The notes under the pieces are model-generated. The model ran no database searches. It worked only from the letters and a program-made list of their open reading frames with translations, and had not been told where the DNA came from. Of a DNA stretch of 62,132 nucleotides, positions 1 to 7,844 are shown one piece after another. Made by a program: the position numbers and the translations under genes. Each line of letters starts with the position of its first letter. The first letter of the stretch is position 1. The DNA comes from a virus (Duplodnaviria > Caudoviricetes), in IMG/VR virus record IMGVR_UViG_3300035670_000211, positions 1 through 62,132 of that record, one strand, 5' to 3'.

Positions 1-125
1 GTAACCGGAGGAGTTCCCGTTGGAACACTTTCTGTTACATCTGTATCTTGGACAAATGGTTCTTCTCCTCTTGGTGGTTGAACTTGGTTAGGTTTGTTTT
101 GAGCTAAGCCTAAAAGATTATCCAT
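1..125 (-). CDS. hypothetical protein, N-terminal part (runs off window)
   Basis: ATG at 125 preceded by GGAGGAGG, just after the stop of 127..714; open to the window edge (MDNLLGLAQNKPNQ...). Confidence 0.6.
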   Translation of the reverse strand, partial: MDNLLGLAQNKPNQVQPPRGEEPFVQDTDVTESVPTGTPPV

Positions 126-126
126 A

Positions 127-714
127 TTATTGTCCTCCTCCTAACGCTGCTAAAATATCTGGCGCACCTTGTTGCGGCATTTCTTCTTCCATTCCAGGTT
201 GCGAAGTTGCTCCTGCTACCATAGGATTATCCCCTTCAATACCCATAGCTTCTGCTTGGGCTGGAGGCATACCGACTGCATCAGGAGAAGTAATTCTTTT
301 GATTGCTTCTAAAGAAGATTCGGATATCCCAGATAAAGATTCTTCGAAAGCTTCTTGCGTTCCTTTATCGGTAAAGTCTTTAGTTGCTGGGTCATAACCT
401 TTTTTAATAGCATCTTCAACATTCATCATACCCATGGGAGTATCAATCATATATTTTTCTGGATTTTTTTTCATATCAAAAATAAATTTTTCTGCATACT
501 TGCCGAGTTTCTTTTTAATTTTGCCCGGTTTTAATTTAGCTTTTTCGTCAGTTTCTTGAAACAAAGGTTTGTTTGTTTCAGGGTCGATACCATCTTCTGG
601 TTCGATTGTAATATTACCTTCTTGGTTTTCACCTACGGCAACAAGCTTGTTTAAAACCTCAGAGTCAAACTCTTGTTTAGAATCTTGTTGATTTAATTCT
701 TCTTCTTCGTTCAT
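127..714 (-). CDS. acidic hypothetical protein, possibly virion-associated
   Basis: 195-aa ORF with AAGGAG RBS; E/Q/P/G-rich termini. Confidence 0.75.
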   Translation of the reverse strand: MNEEEELNQQDSKQEFDSEVLNKLVAVGENQEGNITIEPEDGIDPETNKPLFQETDEKAKLKPGKIKKKLGKYAEKFIFDMKKNPEKYMIDTPMGMMNVEDAIKKGYDPATKDFTDKGTQEAFEESLSGISESSLEAIKRITSPDAVGMPPAQAEAMGIEGDNPMVAGATSQPGMEEEMPQQGAPDILAALGGGQ

Positions 715-715
715 T

Positions 716-949
716 CTAGATCTCCTTAAGAATGCTAAGATCTTTTCTATTAATGTATCCGTGCTTATCTGCTAATACAATTAATATCCGGTGATCTTTT
801 CTTTTATCATTATACTCTCCGGTCTTAATAAGTCGTATAGCTTGTTTAATGTTTGATTTAAGTATTTGTTCTGGAGTGCGAATTCTTTTTCTTTTTTTTC
901 GCATGACAATACGTTTTATTTTTTTCTCTAAATAATTACTTAAATTCAT
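716..949 (-). CDS. small basic hypothetical protein
   Basis: 77 aa, K/R-rich; TGnTATACT promoter just upstream, apparently leaderless. Confidence 0.6.
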   Translation of the reverse strand: MNLSNYLEKKIKRIVMRKKRKRIRTPEQILKSNIKQAIRLIKTGEYNDKRKDHRILIVLADKHGYINRKDLSILKEI

Positions 950-954
950 ATTCC

Positions 955-966
955 AAGTATATCATA
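955..966 (-). promoter_or_regulatory. extended -10 promoter (TATGATATACTT), leaderless, for 716..949
   Basis: TG-n-TATACT; the 12-mer ends 5 nt before the ATG; identical 12-mer at 1172-1183 on +. Confidence 0.5.
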
Positions 967-973
967 TTACAGG

Positions 974-1053
974 CGAGGACAGGTGGTAATTTAAACCACT
1001 TACATGGGCCAAGACTAAAGGCCATGTTCACGCTTCCTGGAAGTGCTGCCCTC
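974..1053 (-). ncRNA. aberrant tRNA-like RNA / pseudo-tRNA (8-bp acceptor, 5-bp T stem)
   Basis: GAGGGCAG/CTGTCCTC-G; GTGGT-TTAAATT-ACCAC; two internal hairpins; no canonical anticodon loop; ends GCCT, not NCCA. Confidence 0.45.
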
Positions 1054-1056
1054 ATG

Positions 1057-1144
1057 TGGTGGAGAAGAGGGGAGTCGAACCCCTGTCCTGATGCTTCAAT
1101 ATCAAACGCGATTTAATAGTTGCACCAGCGTGCCGTACTTCCCT
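1057..1144 (-). ncRNA. mini-tmRNA-like RNA (tRNA-like domain only, Ala G3-U70)
   Basis: AGGGAAG/CTTCTCC-ACCA acceptor; stemless D-loop TACGGCACG; CTGGTGC/GCATCAG helix; GAC connector; AGGGG-TTCGACT-CCCCT T arm. Confidence 0.7.
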
Positions 1145-1149
1145 AAATA

Positions 1150-1155
1150 ATTATA
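1150..1155 (-). promoter_or_regulatory. -10 box TATAAT for the mini-tmRNA-like RNA
   Basis: TATAAT with 5 nt between it and the first base (1144). Confidence 0.55.
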
Positions 1156-1171
1156 CTATATTTCTTAAGGG

Positions 1172-1183
1172 TATGATATACTT
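1172..1183 (+). promoter_or_regulatory. extended -10 promoter, leaderless, for 1190..1936
   Basis: TATGATATACTT followed by 6 nt then ATG; no SD. Confidence 0.5.
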
Positions 1184-1189
1184 AGTTAT

Positions 1190-1936
1190 ATGTCAAAAGT
1201 GGAAAGAATCTTTCAACCTTTAGTTATTCAAGATAAACAAGAGTTTTTAGAGATCTTAAAATCTGGAAAACTTAAGTATAGTAAGTACAATATTTTAACA
1301 GATCAGCAGAAGTTATTTGTTGAGCTTGTTGTTTTTGGTGGCTACACTGGCGAACAAGCCATGAAAGCTATTGATCCTAACATTCGTAACCCTAAATTAT
1401 TAGCAAATCGTATGGCTTCTGACCCTGACGTTGCAGCTACACTAGAAGAATTATCTGCTCAAAAAGATAAGAAATACATGACAGAGTTAACTGAAGCTAG
1501 AGAACTTGCGCTCTCTAAGCTCATGTTTATTATGTCTAATACGAAAGATGAAGCTCTTGCAGCAGCGGCAGCTAAGACAATTATTGATGCGTCTGGTAAG
1601 GCTAGCGCTGCTATTGCTAAGAAGGATGACGGTCAAGTTGGTCAAGTTAAGTTTTCTATTCAAGTCGAGAATGCTTACATGGGAACCCAGCCACCTTTGA
1701 AAGCAAAAGAGGAGCCTATTATTATTACAATTGATGATCAACAAAAGGAAGCTGAAGAAGCTAAAGCTAAGCAAGAGTTAGATTCTATTCATCAAGAAAT
1801 TGAATTGGAAAAAGAAAAATTAAATGCTGTTAAACAAAATGCAAACGCATTAAATGTAAATCCGGATACTGGATTACCTTATGTTTTTTCTTATGAGTCC
1901 GTGAACGCATATGAAGACAGCGATAACGAAGGCTAA
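1190..1936 (+). CDS. terminase small subunit-like protein (N-terminal HTH, C-terminal coiled coil)
   Basis: LTDQQKLFVELVV..G....AMKA...LANRMASDPDVAATLEEL resembles the TerS HTH pattern. Confidence 0.6.
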   Translation: MSKVERIFQPLVIQDKQEFLEILKSGKLKYSKYNILTDQQKLFVELVVFGGYTGEQAMKAIDPNIRNPKLLANRMASDPDVAATLEELSAQKDKKYMTELTEARELALSKLMFIMSNTKDEALAAAAAKTIIDASGKASAAIAKKDDGQVGQVKFSIQVENAYMGTQPPLKAKEEPIIITIDDQQKEAEEAKAKQELDSIHQEIELEKEKLNAVKQNANALNVNPDTGLPYVFSYESVNAYEDSDNEG

Positions 1937-2186
1937 AGAATTATTAAAAGGATTATTTTTAACCAAGGAAGGTTGGATTTCATGGCTTATTGCAAATGTG
2001 ATTACATCCTTACCGTGGGCAGTACCTTTAATTTACGGTTTTATTTTTAAAGATAGTCGTTCTTATATTATTGCTGGCAGCATTTGGACTTTTATGATGC
2101 TACCGATTACTCCTTTTTGGATCTTAAATGTTTTTATTGCATACTTTTTTTTAAAATTTTTAACCAAAAGAAAAACCCACGACTGA
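1911..2186 (+). CDS. small membrane protein (2-3 TM)
   Basis: 91 aa, hydrophobic and W-rich, basic C-terminus; overlaps the upstream ORF. Confidence 0.7.
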   Translation: MKTAITKAKELLKGLFLTKEGWISWLIANVITSLPWAVPLIYGFIFKDSRSYIIAGSIWTFMMLPITPFWILNVFIAYFFLKFLTKRKTHD

Positions 2187-2209
2187 AAGGTAGGGAAAGA
2201 TCGTGGGTT
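2166..2209 (-). terminator. intrinsic terminator
   Basis: AACCCACGA/TCGTGGGTT stem followed by TTTCTTTT. Confidence 0.65.
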
Positions 2210-2268
2210 CTGCAACCCATTTCAGGGTTGCTAAGAAAGGAGGTGAGTGAGGCGAGGTAAACCTCACT
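2166..2268 (-). ncRNA. candidate sRNA containing the anti-Shine-Dalgarno sequence
   Basis: own promoter; three hairpins; TCACCTCCTTTCTT (2233-2246); last hairpin followed by a U tract. Confidence 0.6.
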
Positions 2269-2273
2269 CTTTT
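2245..2273 (+). terminator. intrinsic terminator for the + strand TerS-like operon
   Basis: GAGTGAGG/CCTCACTC stem followed by TTTT. Confidence 0.5.
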
Positions 2274-2301
2274 ATTATAGCAAATCTTTTTAAACGTACA
2301 A
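2274..2301 (-). promoter_or_regulatory. sigma-A type promoter
   Basis: TTGTAC-N16-TATAAT with TGn extension; no ORF downstream, points into the sRNA. Confidence 0.65.
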
Positions 2302-4209
2302 CTATTTCTTCTTGAATTCAATATTTATTTCTAATTTAACGGAGTTCAAGAAATTTGTTTGGTTCAATGCATGTCGCAATGAGTTTGTGCACCACATCTT
2401 GTAATCAGAATAAGCTTCAGCTTCATTCATGTTTTCAATGTGTCTAATTTGAGCTGAATGTTTTTCGTGGAACCAAGATAATACAGATGAGTTATCAATC
2501 TTATATTGTTCCATCATTGCTACAACTTCCTCTGGTGTTGTAAATTCTTTGGTCGTAGTTAGTAACTTATTGATAGCAACTACCGCTCGGTAAGCTGCGT
2601 AGTCTAACGAGTCTTGCGACAATAACTTTTGTTTAAATACAAGCCCATCAACACGAGATACATTGTTTAAATTTGCTTCGAACGGTATAATTGTTAATCT
2701 TCTATAGAATCCGAATGATTGATCAGGTGTTCTTGGCATTTTATTCGCGGCAAAGAACAGCGTTGCAAACATTGATTTCGATTGTGCGTCTTTGTATTTT
2801 TGTTCAACCATAATTTCATCACCTGAAATAATTGACTTGACAAGATCGCTATCAGTTAGCGGTTGTGCACTAATGTCACCTGCTAATGATGCAAGTTTAT
2901 TATTCATTGCCGATGCTCTGAAGTTATTTGCTAGATCTTTAAATGATATGGCGGTTGTGTTTTCTTTTCCTAAGACTTCTTTAATTAAATCTAAGAAAGT
3001 CGACTTGCCATTTCTACCACTACCCACTAATAAGAACGCTTTTTGTAACTCATTTGTTTTTAACATTGAGTATCCAATTGCTTCATAAAGTAGTTCTTCA
3101 ATATCTTTTTTATTATTGGTTGCCGTTGCGAAATATTCATCTACAATTTTAGAATGTGCATTTGGATTATAGTTACAATTAATTTGTATTGACTCGTTAT
3201 GATCAGGAGTCATTGGTTCAAAGTGCATTGTATTTATATCTAGTACACCATTCTTGAATACAATCGTGTAAGGGTTGTTGTTGAATTTTACTGATTCTTC
3301 GTATAGATATGCTTGAATGTATTTTAATGTTTCTTCTTTTTGGTAATGTTTTAAACTTGGAATTAGTTTTGTCATGTAACCCATTAAGTAATCTACATCT
3401 GTAGAATATACTTTTTTCTTTTCGTTATAGAAGTAAAGCTCTTTGCTAACCTCATCTCTTTTTACAAAACAATTTTTAATAACATAGTTGCCTAGTCTAT
3501 CGTGAAAGAACTTATCTTTATCGAAGAATTGTTTTATTAATTGTTCTTCGCTAAGTTGCAGCACATTCTCTAATTCAAATTCTTGAAGTGGAGTGGTGCA
3601 GAATTCTTTATTTACGAGTCGTACAACTTCAACTTGTTTTAACTGGCTTAATCCAGTTGCTTTCATTTTAGACAGGATATCAAGTAACACAACTTGTTGG
3701 TTTCCGGTTATCGGTAAGTTAATTCCATCATTAATTGAGTTTGATATTTTTCTTATTGGCATTAACCAATCAGGTAGCATACCAATTGTTTGTCCGTATA
3801 CAAGATCTATTTTCTTTAAAGCTTCCGAGCTACTACCTTTAACTTTGAATGGTAGTAATATACTTTTGCCTGCGCCTATGGTGTCTGCATTAATACCACA
3901 AGCAAGTTTGTTTAGCTTTGTCGATCTTGTGAAGCTTGATTTAGCAATGATCTTTATATTTCTTTCTCCGCTTTGTATGACAATAACGGGCTCAGATCTT
4001 GCTTGAATTATTTCTAAGATAGAGATTTGCTCGGTCTCAATAACTATATATCCTTCCGGAATAATCCACATTACTTCCAAACTTGGATCGTCAGAAATTG
4101 TTTTGATTGTTGATGCGTTTGTTTTAATTGCTTGCCTACCAGAGACAGAAGCAACATACATGTCATCGTCGTGTGGATTAACTAGTTTATTGAATTCCCT
4201 AAAGTTCAT
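2302..4209 (-). CDS. D5/P4-family primase-helicase (SF3 helicase)
   Basis: D5_N-like FKNGVLDI; Walker A GSGRNGKST; KSIISGD..VEQKY; FAANKMP; GFYRRLTIIPF; divergent N-terminal region. Confidence 0.9.
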   Translation of the reverse strand: MNFREFNKLVNPHDDDMYVASVSGRQAIKTNASTIKTISDDPSLEVMWIIPEGYIVIETEQISILEIIQARSEPVIVIQSGERNIKIIAKSSFTRSTKLNKLACGINADTIGAGKSILLPFKVKGSSSEALKKIDLVYGQTIGMLPDWLMPIRKISNSINDGINLPITGNQQVVLLDILSKMKATGLSQLKQVEVVRLVNKEFCTTPLQEFELENVLQLSEEQLIKQFFDKDKFFHDRLGNYVIKNCFVKRDEVSKELYFYNEKKKVYSTDVDYLMGYMTKLIPSLKHYQKEETLKYIQAYLYEESVKFNNNPYTIVFKNGVLDINTMHFEPMTPDHNESIQINCNYNPNAHSKIVDEYFATATNNKKDIEELLYEAIGYSMLKTNELQKAFLLVGSGRNGKSTFLDLIKEVLGKENTTAISFKDLANNFRASAMNNKLASLAGDISAQPLTDSDLVKSIISGDEIMVEQKYKDAQSKSMFATLFFAANKMPRTPDQSFGFYRRLTIIPFEANLNNVSRVDGLVFKQKLLSQDSLDYAAYRAVVAINKLLTTTKEFTTPEEVVAMMEQYKIDNSSVLSWFHEKHSAQIRHIENMNEAEAYSDYKMWCTNSLRHALNQTNFLNSVKLEINIEFKKK

Positions 4210-4232
4210 TTTACTCCTTTCTTTTAACGAAT

Positions 4233-4424
4233 CTATTCTCCAAACAAATCATCGATTGTCTTGCCTAGAGATGATGCGATTTTTCTACAAATGCTTATTG
4301 ATGGGTTTAGCTTATTCGTTTCAATCTTTCTTATTGTTTCCCGGCTAATACCACAAAGCCTTGCCAGTCCTTCTTGAGAAAGACCGGCGTCAGTTCTAGC
4401 AAACTTTAATTTGTTGCCATCCAT
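4233..4424 (-). CDS. XRE/Cro-like HTH regulator
   Basis: LKFAR...GLSQEGLARLCGISRETIRKIE...NPS. Confidence 0.9.
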   Translation of the reverse strand: MDGNKLKFARTDAGLSQEGLARLCGISRETIRKIETNKLNPSISICRKIASSLGKTIDDLFGE

Positions 4425-4427
4425 AAA

Positions 4428-4946
4428 CTACCAATTAAAATCGTCTTGGTTAGTTTCAGCTGTTGTGGTTTGTGGTTTAAGCAACGGGTTTTCTTTTTCA
4501 ACTAATTTTGGCTTTTCTGTTTTTACTTCAGGAACATCTACTTGAGCTAATGGTTTGTAATTGATCGTTTGATATGTTTTTGCATTGCCAAGACGATCAA
4601 TACCATCTTTTGTTCCAAGATCAACACGCATTGCTTTGTTTAACAAGATTGCTTCAACGTCAATGTTTGCTGATTCTGTTTCAGAATATGGCACACCAAC
4701 TGCTCGTCGAACGTTTCGATATTTCCAGCTAAGCTTAGAAGTTGGATCAAATGTGATTCGGTCTACAACATAACGATTTTTATTTTCTCCATCTAATACT
4801 TGCATGTTTAATACTAGCGTGTTGTCTAAGTTTTCATCTAATTTAATTTCTACAATTTGAACTAACGCGTTGCGTTGAACAATTGGAGCATATGTTTTTT
4901 TGTCGTTTGATGTATCTTGTTTACCTTGGTTAATAATTAATGGCAT
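4428..4946 (-). CDS. putative ssDNA-binding protein (DUF669-like)
   Basis: start moved to MPLII (GGAGG RBS); beta-rich core, acidic-aromatic tail DDFNW; next to a Sak4-like gene. Confidence 0.65.
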   Translation of the reverse strand: MPLIINQGKQDTSNDKKTYAPIVQRNALVQIVEIKLDENLDNTLVLNMQVLDGENKNRYVVDRITFDPTSKLSWKYRNVRRAVGVPYSETESANIDVEAILLNKAMRVDLGTKDGIDRLGNAKTYQTINYKPLAQVDVPEVKTEKPKLVEKENPLLKPQTTTAETNQDDFNW

Positions 4947-4947
4947 A

Positions 4948-5145
4948 CTATTTGCCTCCATTCTTTTCTTCTCTTTGTGATAAAATTGCTCCACTTAATA
5001 TTTGGAAAGACTTTGCTAAATTTTCTAATGCTCTCCCATAACCTTCATCAGCTGGATTCATTTTATCCAACGCTTCAATAAGTTCATTTGTTTTTGCTAA
5101 TACTGTTTTTAACATTAATTCGACTTTAATTTTTCCTTGTTCCAT
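4948..5145 (-). CDS. hypothetical protein
   Basis: 65-aa ORF tightly packed in the operon. Confidence 0.7.
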   Translation of the reverse strand: MEQGKIKVELMLKTVLAKTNELIEALDKMNPADEGYGRALENLAKSFQILSGAILSQREEKNGGK

Positions 5146-5148
5146 AGG

Positions 5149-5976
5149 TTATTTACCTTCTTTCTTTGGTTCTTTTAGTTCAGACATTTTGTCTAAGACA
5201 TTCTTTTTAAACTTATCAAATGTTAAGTTTTGTACTTTGTTAGGTACAGTCATCTCTTGTGGTTTGCGAGTTTTCGTCAATAAGTACGGATGTGCATCCA
5301 AGTAAGTAAAGTATTTTATTTCATCTTTAACTTCATTAGTTTTTGCATCAATTACTTTTTCCGTTTCAACTTTTGTGTACCATACAAAGGATGCTTTGGC
5401 ACATAAGGCGTATGCAGCGCTATTCATTAATGAAGGAATTACTTTATTAAAAGAACTATTTTCTTCATCTTGAACTTCTTTTTGGTGAGCAATGATTACA
5501 ATTAATGCACCAGTTTTTTTGTGCAAGTATTTGGAAAGGTTCCAGATTTGTTCGTGGCTTGTCTTTGCTTGCCCCCACAAATTTAAATTCATTGTATCCT
5601 TTTGATTTGATTCCATAAGATACTTCTTCATCAAGAATTCAAGTTGCGTAGCACTATCAAATACAATGGTTGAGAATGCGACGTCAACTTTCTTTCCTTG
5701 TTCGTCCATGGTATAACCATTCTCTACGTCAGTTAAAACAGAGTTTAATTCTAAAAAGCCGTTGATGTCAACAACCTGAATATGTTCTGCTTGGTTCATT
5801 GAGATCGAACCTGTACCACCTTCTAAGATATCTAAGATAAGCATTGGCTTTTCTTTTGTCTTTGGGAATGTTGACGCAAGAACAGTTTTACCTGTACCTG
5901 GTCCTCCATAAATTACAAACACTCCGTCAATGGATGTTTCGGCAATCGTCTTACTTTTTTCTGATAATATACTCAT
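5149..5976 (-). CDS. Sak4-like / AAA_24 ATPase (single-strand annealing)
   Basis: IYGGPGTGKT, LDILEGG, TIVFDSAT, IIAH; flanked by nuclease and SSB-like genes. Confidence 0.8.
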   Translation of the reverse strand: MSILSEKSKTIAETSIDGVFVIYGGPGTGKTVLASTFPKTKEKPMLILDILEGGTGSISMNQAEHIQVVDINGFLELNSVLTDVENGYTMDEQGKKVDVAFSTIVFDSATQLEFLMKKYLMESNQKDTMNLNLWGQAKTSHEQIWNLSKYLHKKTGALIVIIAHQKEVQDEENSSFNKVIPSLMNSAAYALCAKASFVWYTKVETEKVIDAKTNEVKDEIKYFTYLDAHPYLLTKTRKPQEMTVPNKVQNLTFDKFKKNVLDKMSELKEPKKEGK

Positions 5977-6071
5977 GTGTTTTCCTCCTGTATATATCTA
6001 TTAGCGAACAATGATTGGCAACTATTCCGATAAAAAAACTACGTTTTCATCGCATTCTTTTTCCTCCTGAT

Positions 6072-6103
6072 ATTATATTAAACGATATCTAATTAAATGT
6101 CAA
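6072..6103 (-). promoter_or_regulatory. sigma-A type promoter
   Basis: TTGACA-N17-TAATAT (overlapping TATAAT). Confidence 0.65.
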
Positions 6104-6117
6104 CTATTATTCGCAAA

Positions 6118-7065
6118 TTATTTATTACTTTTTATTTTATCAATTATGATTTGTCGATCTGATTGTGATGGATTGCTCATGTCCAAATTACAAATATCTT
6201 TGAATGGACAGTAGTTGCACAATATAGACCTATTACGCGAAGGACCTTCGGTCGCTTTCATTGTTTTATAAAGGTTCCACATATCTTGCAGGTTGGTGCG
6301 AACAGCGTGTCCATCCAGCAATTGTATTCTAATTCTTTTAAATAAAGGATGACCGCGTTTGGTTAAGTAATCAATAATGTAAGCGTATTCTGGTAACCCA
6401 GTTAACCCGAGTTCATCTAATTTATTTTGATAGGCTTGCAATGTAACGAGCTCTAATTTCTTTTTATCAACGGTAGGTTTTCCATTAAGATTCATTGGCA
6501 CTGCTTCAAGTCTAGCAATTCGGATCTCGTCGATTTCAATTGCGTTAACTTTAACACCAAGTTTGTCTTCTACGTAAGGTACGTATAACAATAATTGTTG
6601 GTTGTTATTGACATCGTCCCATGTATACTTAAGTGGTTTTAATGTTGTCTTGTGATCTCTTACGGTAATAAAATTATTTTCTTCCACCACTTGATCAACA
6701 ACAAGCATTAAGTAATCATCGTCTTCTAACTTTTCCTCGATCGTTTCTTCGATCATAAGATTCTTTTCTTTTTTTATTTCTTCTTTATAGTAGTCTACGT
6801 ACTGCGTCAAAACATCTGACAATAACCCAGGGTCAAGATTAAGTTTGCCTTGTCTGCATAGCGCATCAAACTCTTGTAATGGTTTGCTAGGATCTTCATC
6901 TTTTAAAAACAATTCTATGGCTTCATGAAATAACTTACCAGGGATTGTTGTTTCTGTTTCTGGTGTTTCAATTTGTTCTTCGTATTGATAGTAATGTTTT
7001 TGAGAACAATTCTGATATGTTTTGAATCTACTAAAACTAAATCGTTTGATATCTTTATCTGCCAT
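6118..7065 (-). CDS. PD-(D/E)XK exonuclease (RecB/Cas4-like, Fe-S cysteines)
   Basis: FSFSRFKTYQNC, GKLFHEAIE, VVD...DHKT, QLLLY, CNYCPFKDIC. Confidence 0.88.
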   Translation of the reverse strand: MADKDIKRFSFSRFKTYQNCSQKHYYQYEEQIETPETETTIPGKLFHEAIELFLKDEDPSKPLQEFDALCRQGKLNLDPGLLSDVLTQYVDYYKEEIKKEKNLMIEETIEEKLEDDDYLMLVVDQVVEENNFITVRDHKTTLKPLKYTWDDVNNNQQLLLYVPYVEDKLGVKVNAIEIDEIRIARLEAVPMNLNGKPTVDKKKLELVTLQAYQNKLDELGLTGLPEYAYIIDYLTKRGHPLFKRIRIQLLDGHAVRTNLQDMWNLYKTMKATEGPSRNRSILCNYCPFKDICNLDMSNPSQSDRQIIIDKIKSNK

Positions 7066-7075
7066 GATTTTCCTC

Positions 7076-7843
7076 CTATAACAAACAAATTTTTTTATAC
7101 TCTAAATAAACTTCTCTTCCGTTTATAAATATCTTTTTATAGTTTTTGTTGTTTCTTTTTCCCACGAGATCTCTTATACCTTGTCTGCTATACTTTGTAA
7201 TTCTAACTGCTTCTGTATTAGTCACTATTTTAAAGATTTTGTTATTGTCTTTAAATTTAACAATGTATCTAAAAACTTTTTTAATTTTAAATTTTCCTTT
7301 TTTTGATTCTTTTACACGTTCGTTAATTAAATTAATTAAACTATTTTCTTCAAAATCTTTTCTTTTAAATACATAATATCCCCCAAGACTTTTTCTATAC
7401 TTAGCTTTTTTGGAAATTGCTAAAGCGCAGTTTATTTTTAATTTAATACTACACTCTGTTGTTGAGTAAAACTCTATTGGTCTCTCTATTAAAAAGCTAG
7501 AGTTTGCTTTTACAGCAATAAGTGCTTTTGTATTTATTCCTCCCCAGCCACCTTTGTTCGAGTTGTAACCATTGTAATATGTGTTTTCTTTTTTTATATA
7601 AAACTTTTCTTTTTCGAAAGCTTTTTTTCTATTTAAATTTTTTTCTAATATAGAAACGTTCCAACACTTATCACCGTAAAGTCTTATCGCTTCGTCTAAT
7701 TTATATTTAAAACCATAAGATCTTGCTGAGTAGACGTGTTGTTTCCATCTTTCTTCTTCGTTTGTTGATGATGTTAGGCCAACGTAAGATAGCCCTGTTA
7801 CTGTGCATGTTCTTTTGTAAATTAAATATTTTTTATTTTTCAA
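7076..7843 (-). CDS. GIY-YIG homing endonuclease (free-standing)
   Basis: LIY-x10-YVG, RWKQH, EKFYI, GYN; basic C-terminal DNA-binding region; very AT-rich. Confidence 0.85.
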   Translation of the reverse strand: MKNKKYLIYKRTCTVTGLSYVGLTSSTNEEERWKQHVYSARSYGFKYKLDEAIRLYGDKCWNVSILEKNLNRKKAFEKEKFYIKKENTYYNGYNSNKGGWGGINTKALIAVKANSSFLIERPIEFYSTTECSIKLKINCALAISKKAKYRKSLGGYYVFKRKDFEENSLINLINERVKESKKGKFKIKKVFRYIVKFKDNNKIFKIVTNTEAVRITKYSRQGIRDLVGKRNNKNYKKIFINGREVYLEYKKICLL

Positions 7844-7844
7844 A

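Noticed and set aside
1057-1090. ssrA 3' fragment as an attP site
   Set aside because: The matching 5' acceptor strand, helix 2a and a promoter are present, and no integrase is visible; not fully excluded because the window is partial
6118-7065. Cas4-like nuclease as part of a CRISPR system
   Set aside because: No array or other cas genes; context is the Sak4/SSB recombination module
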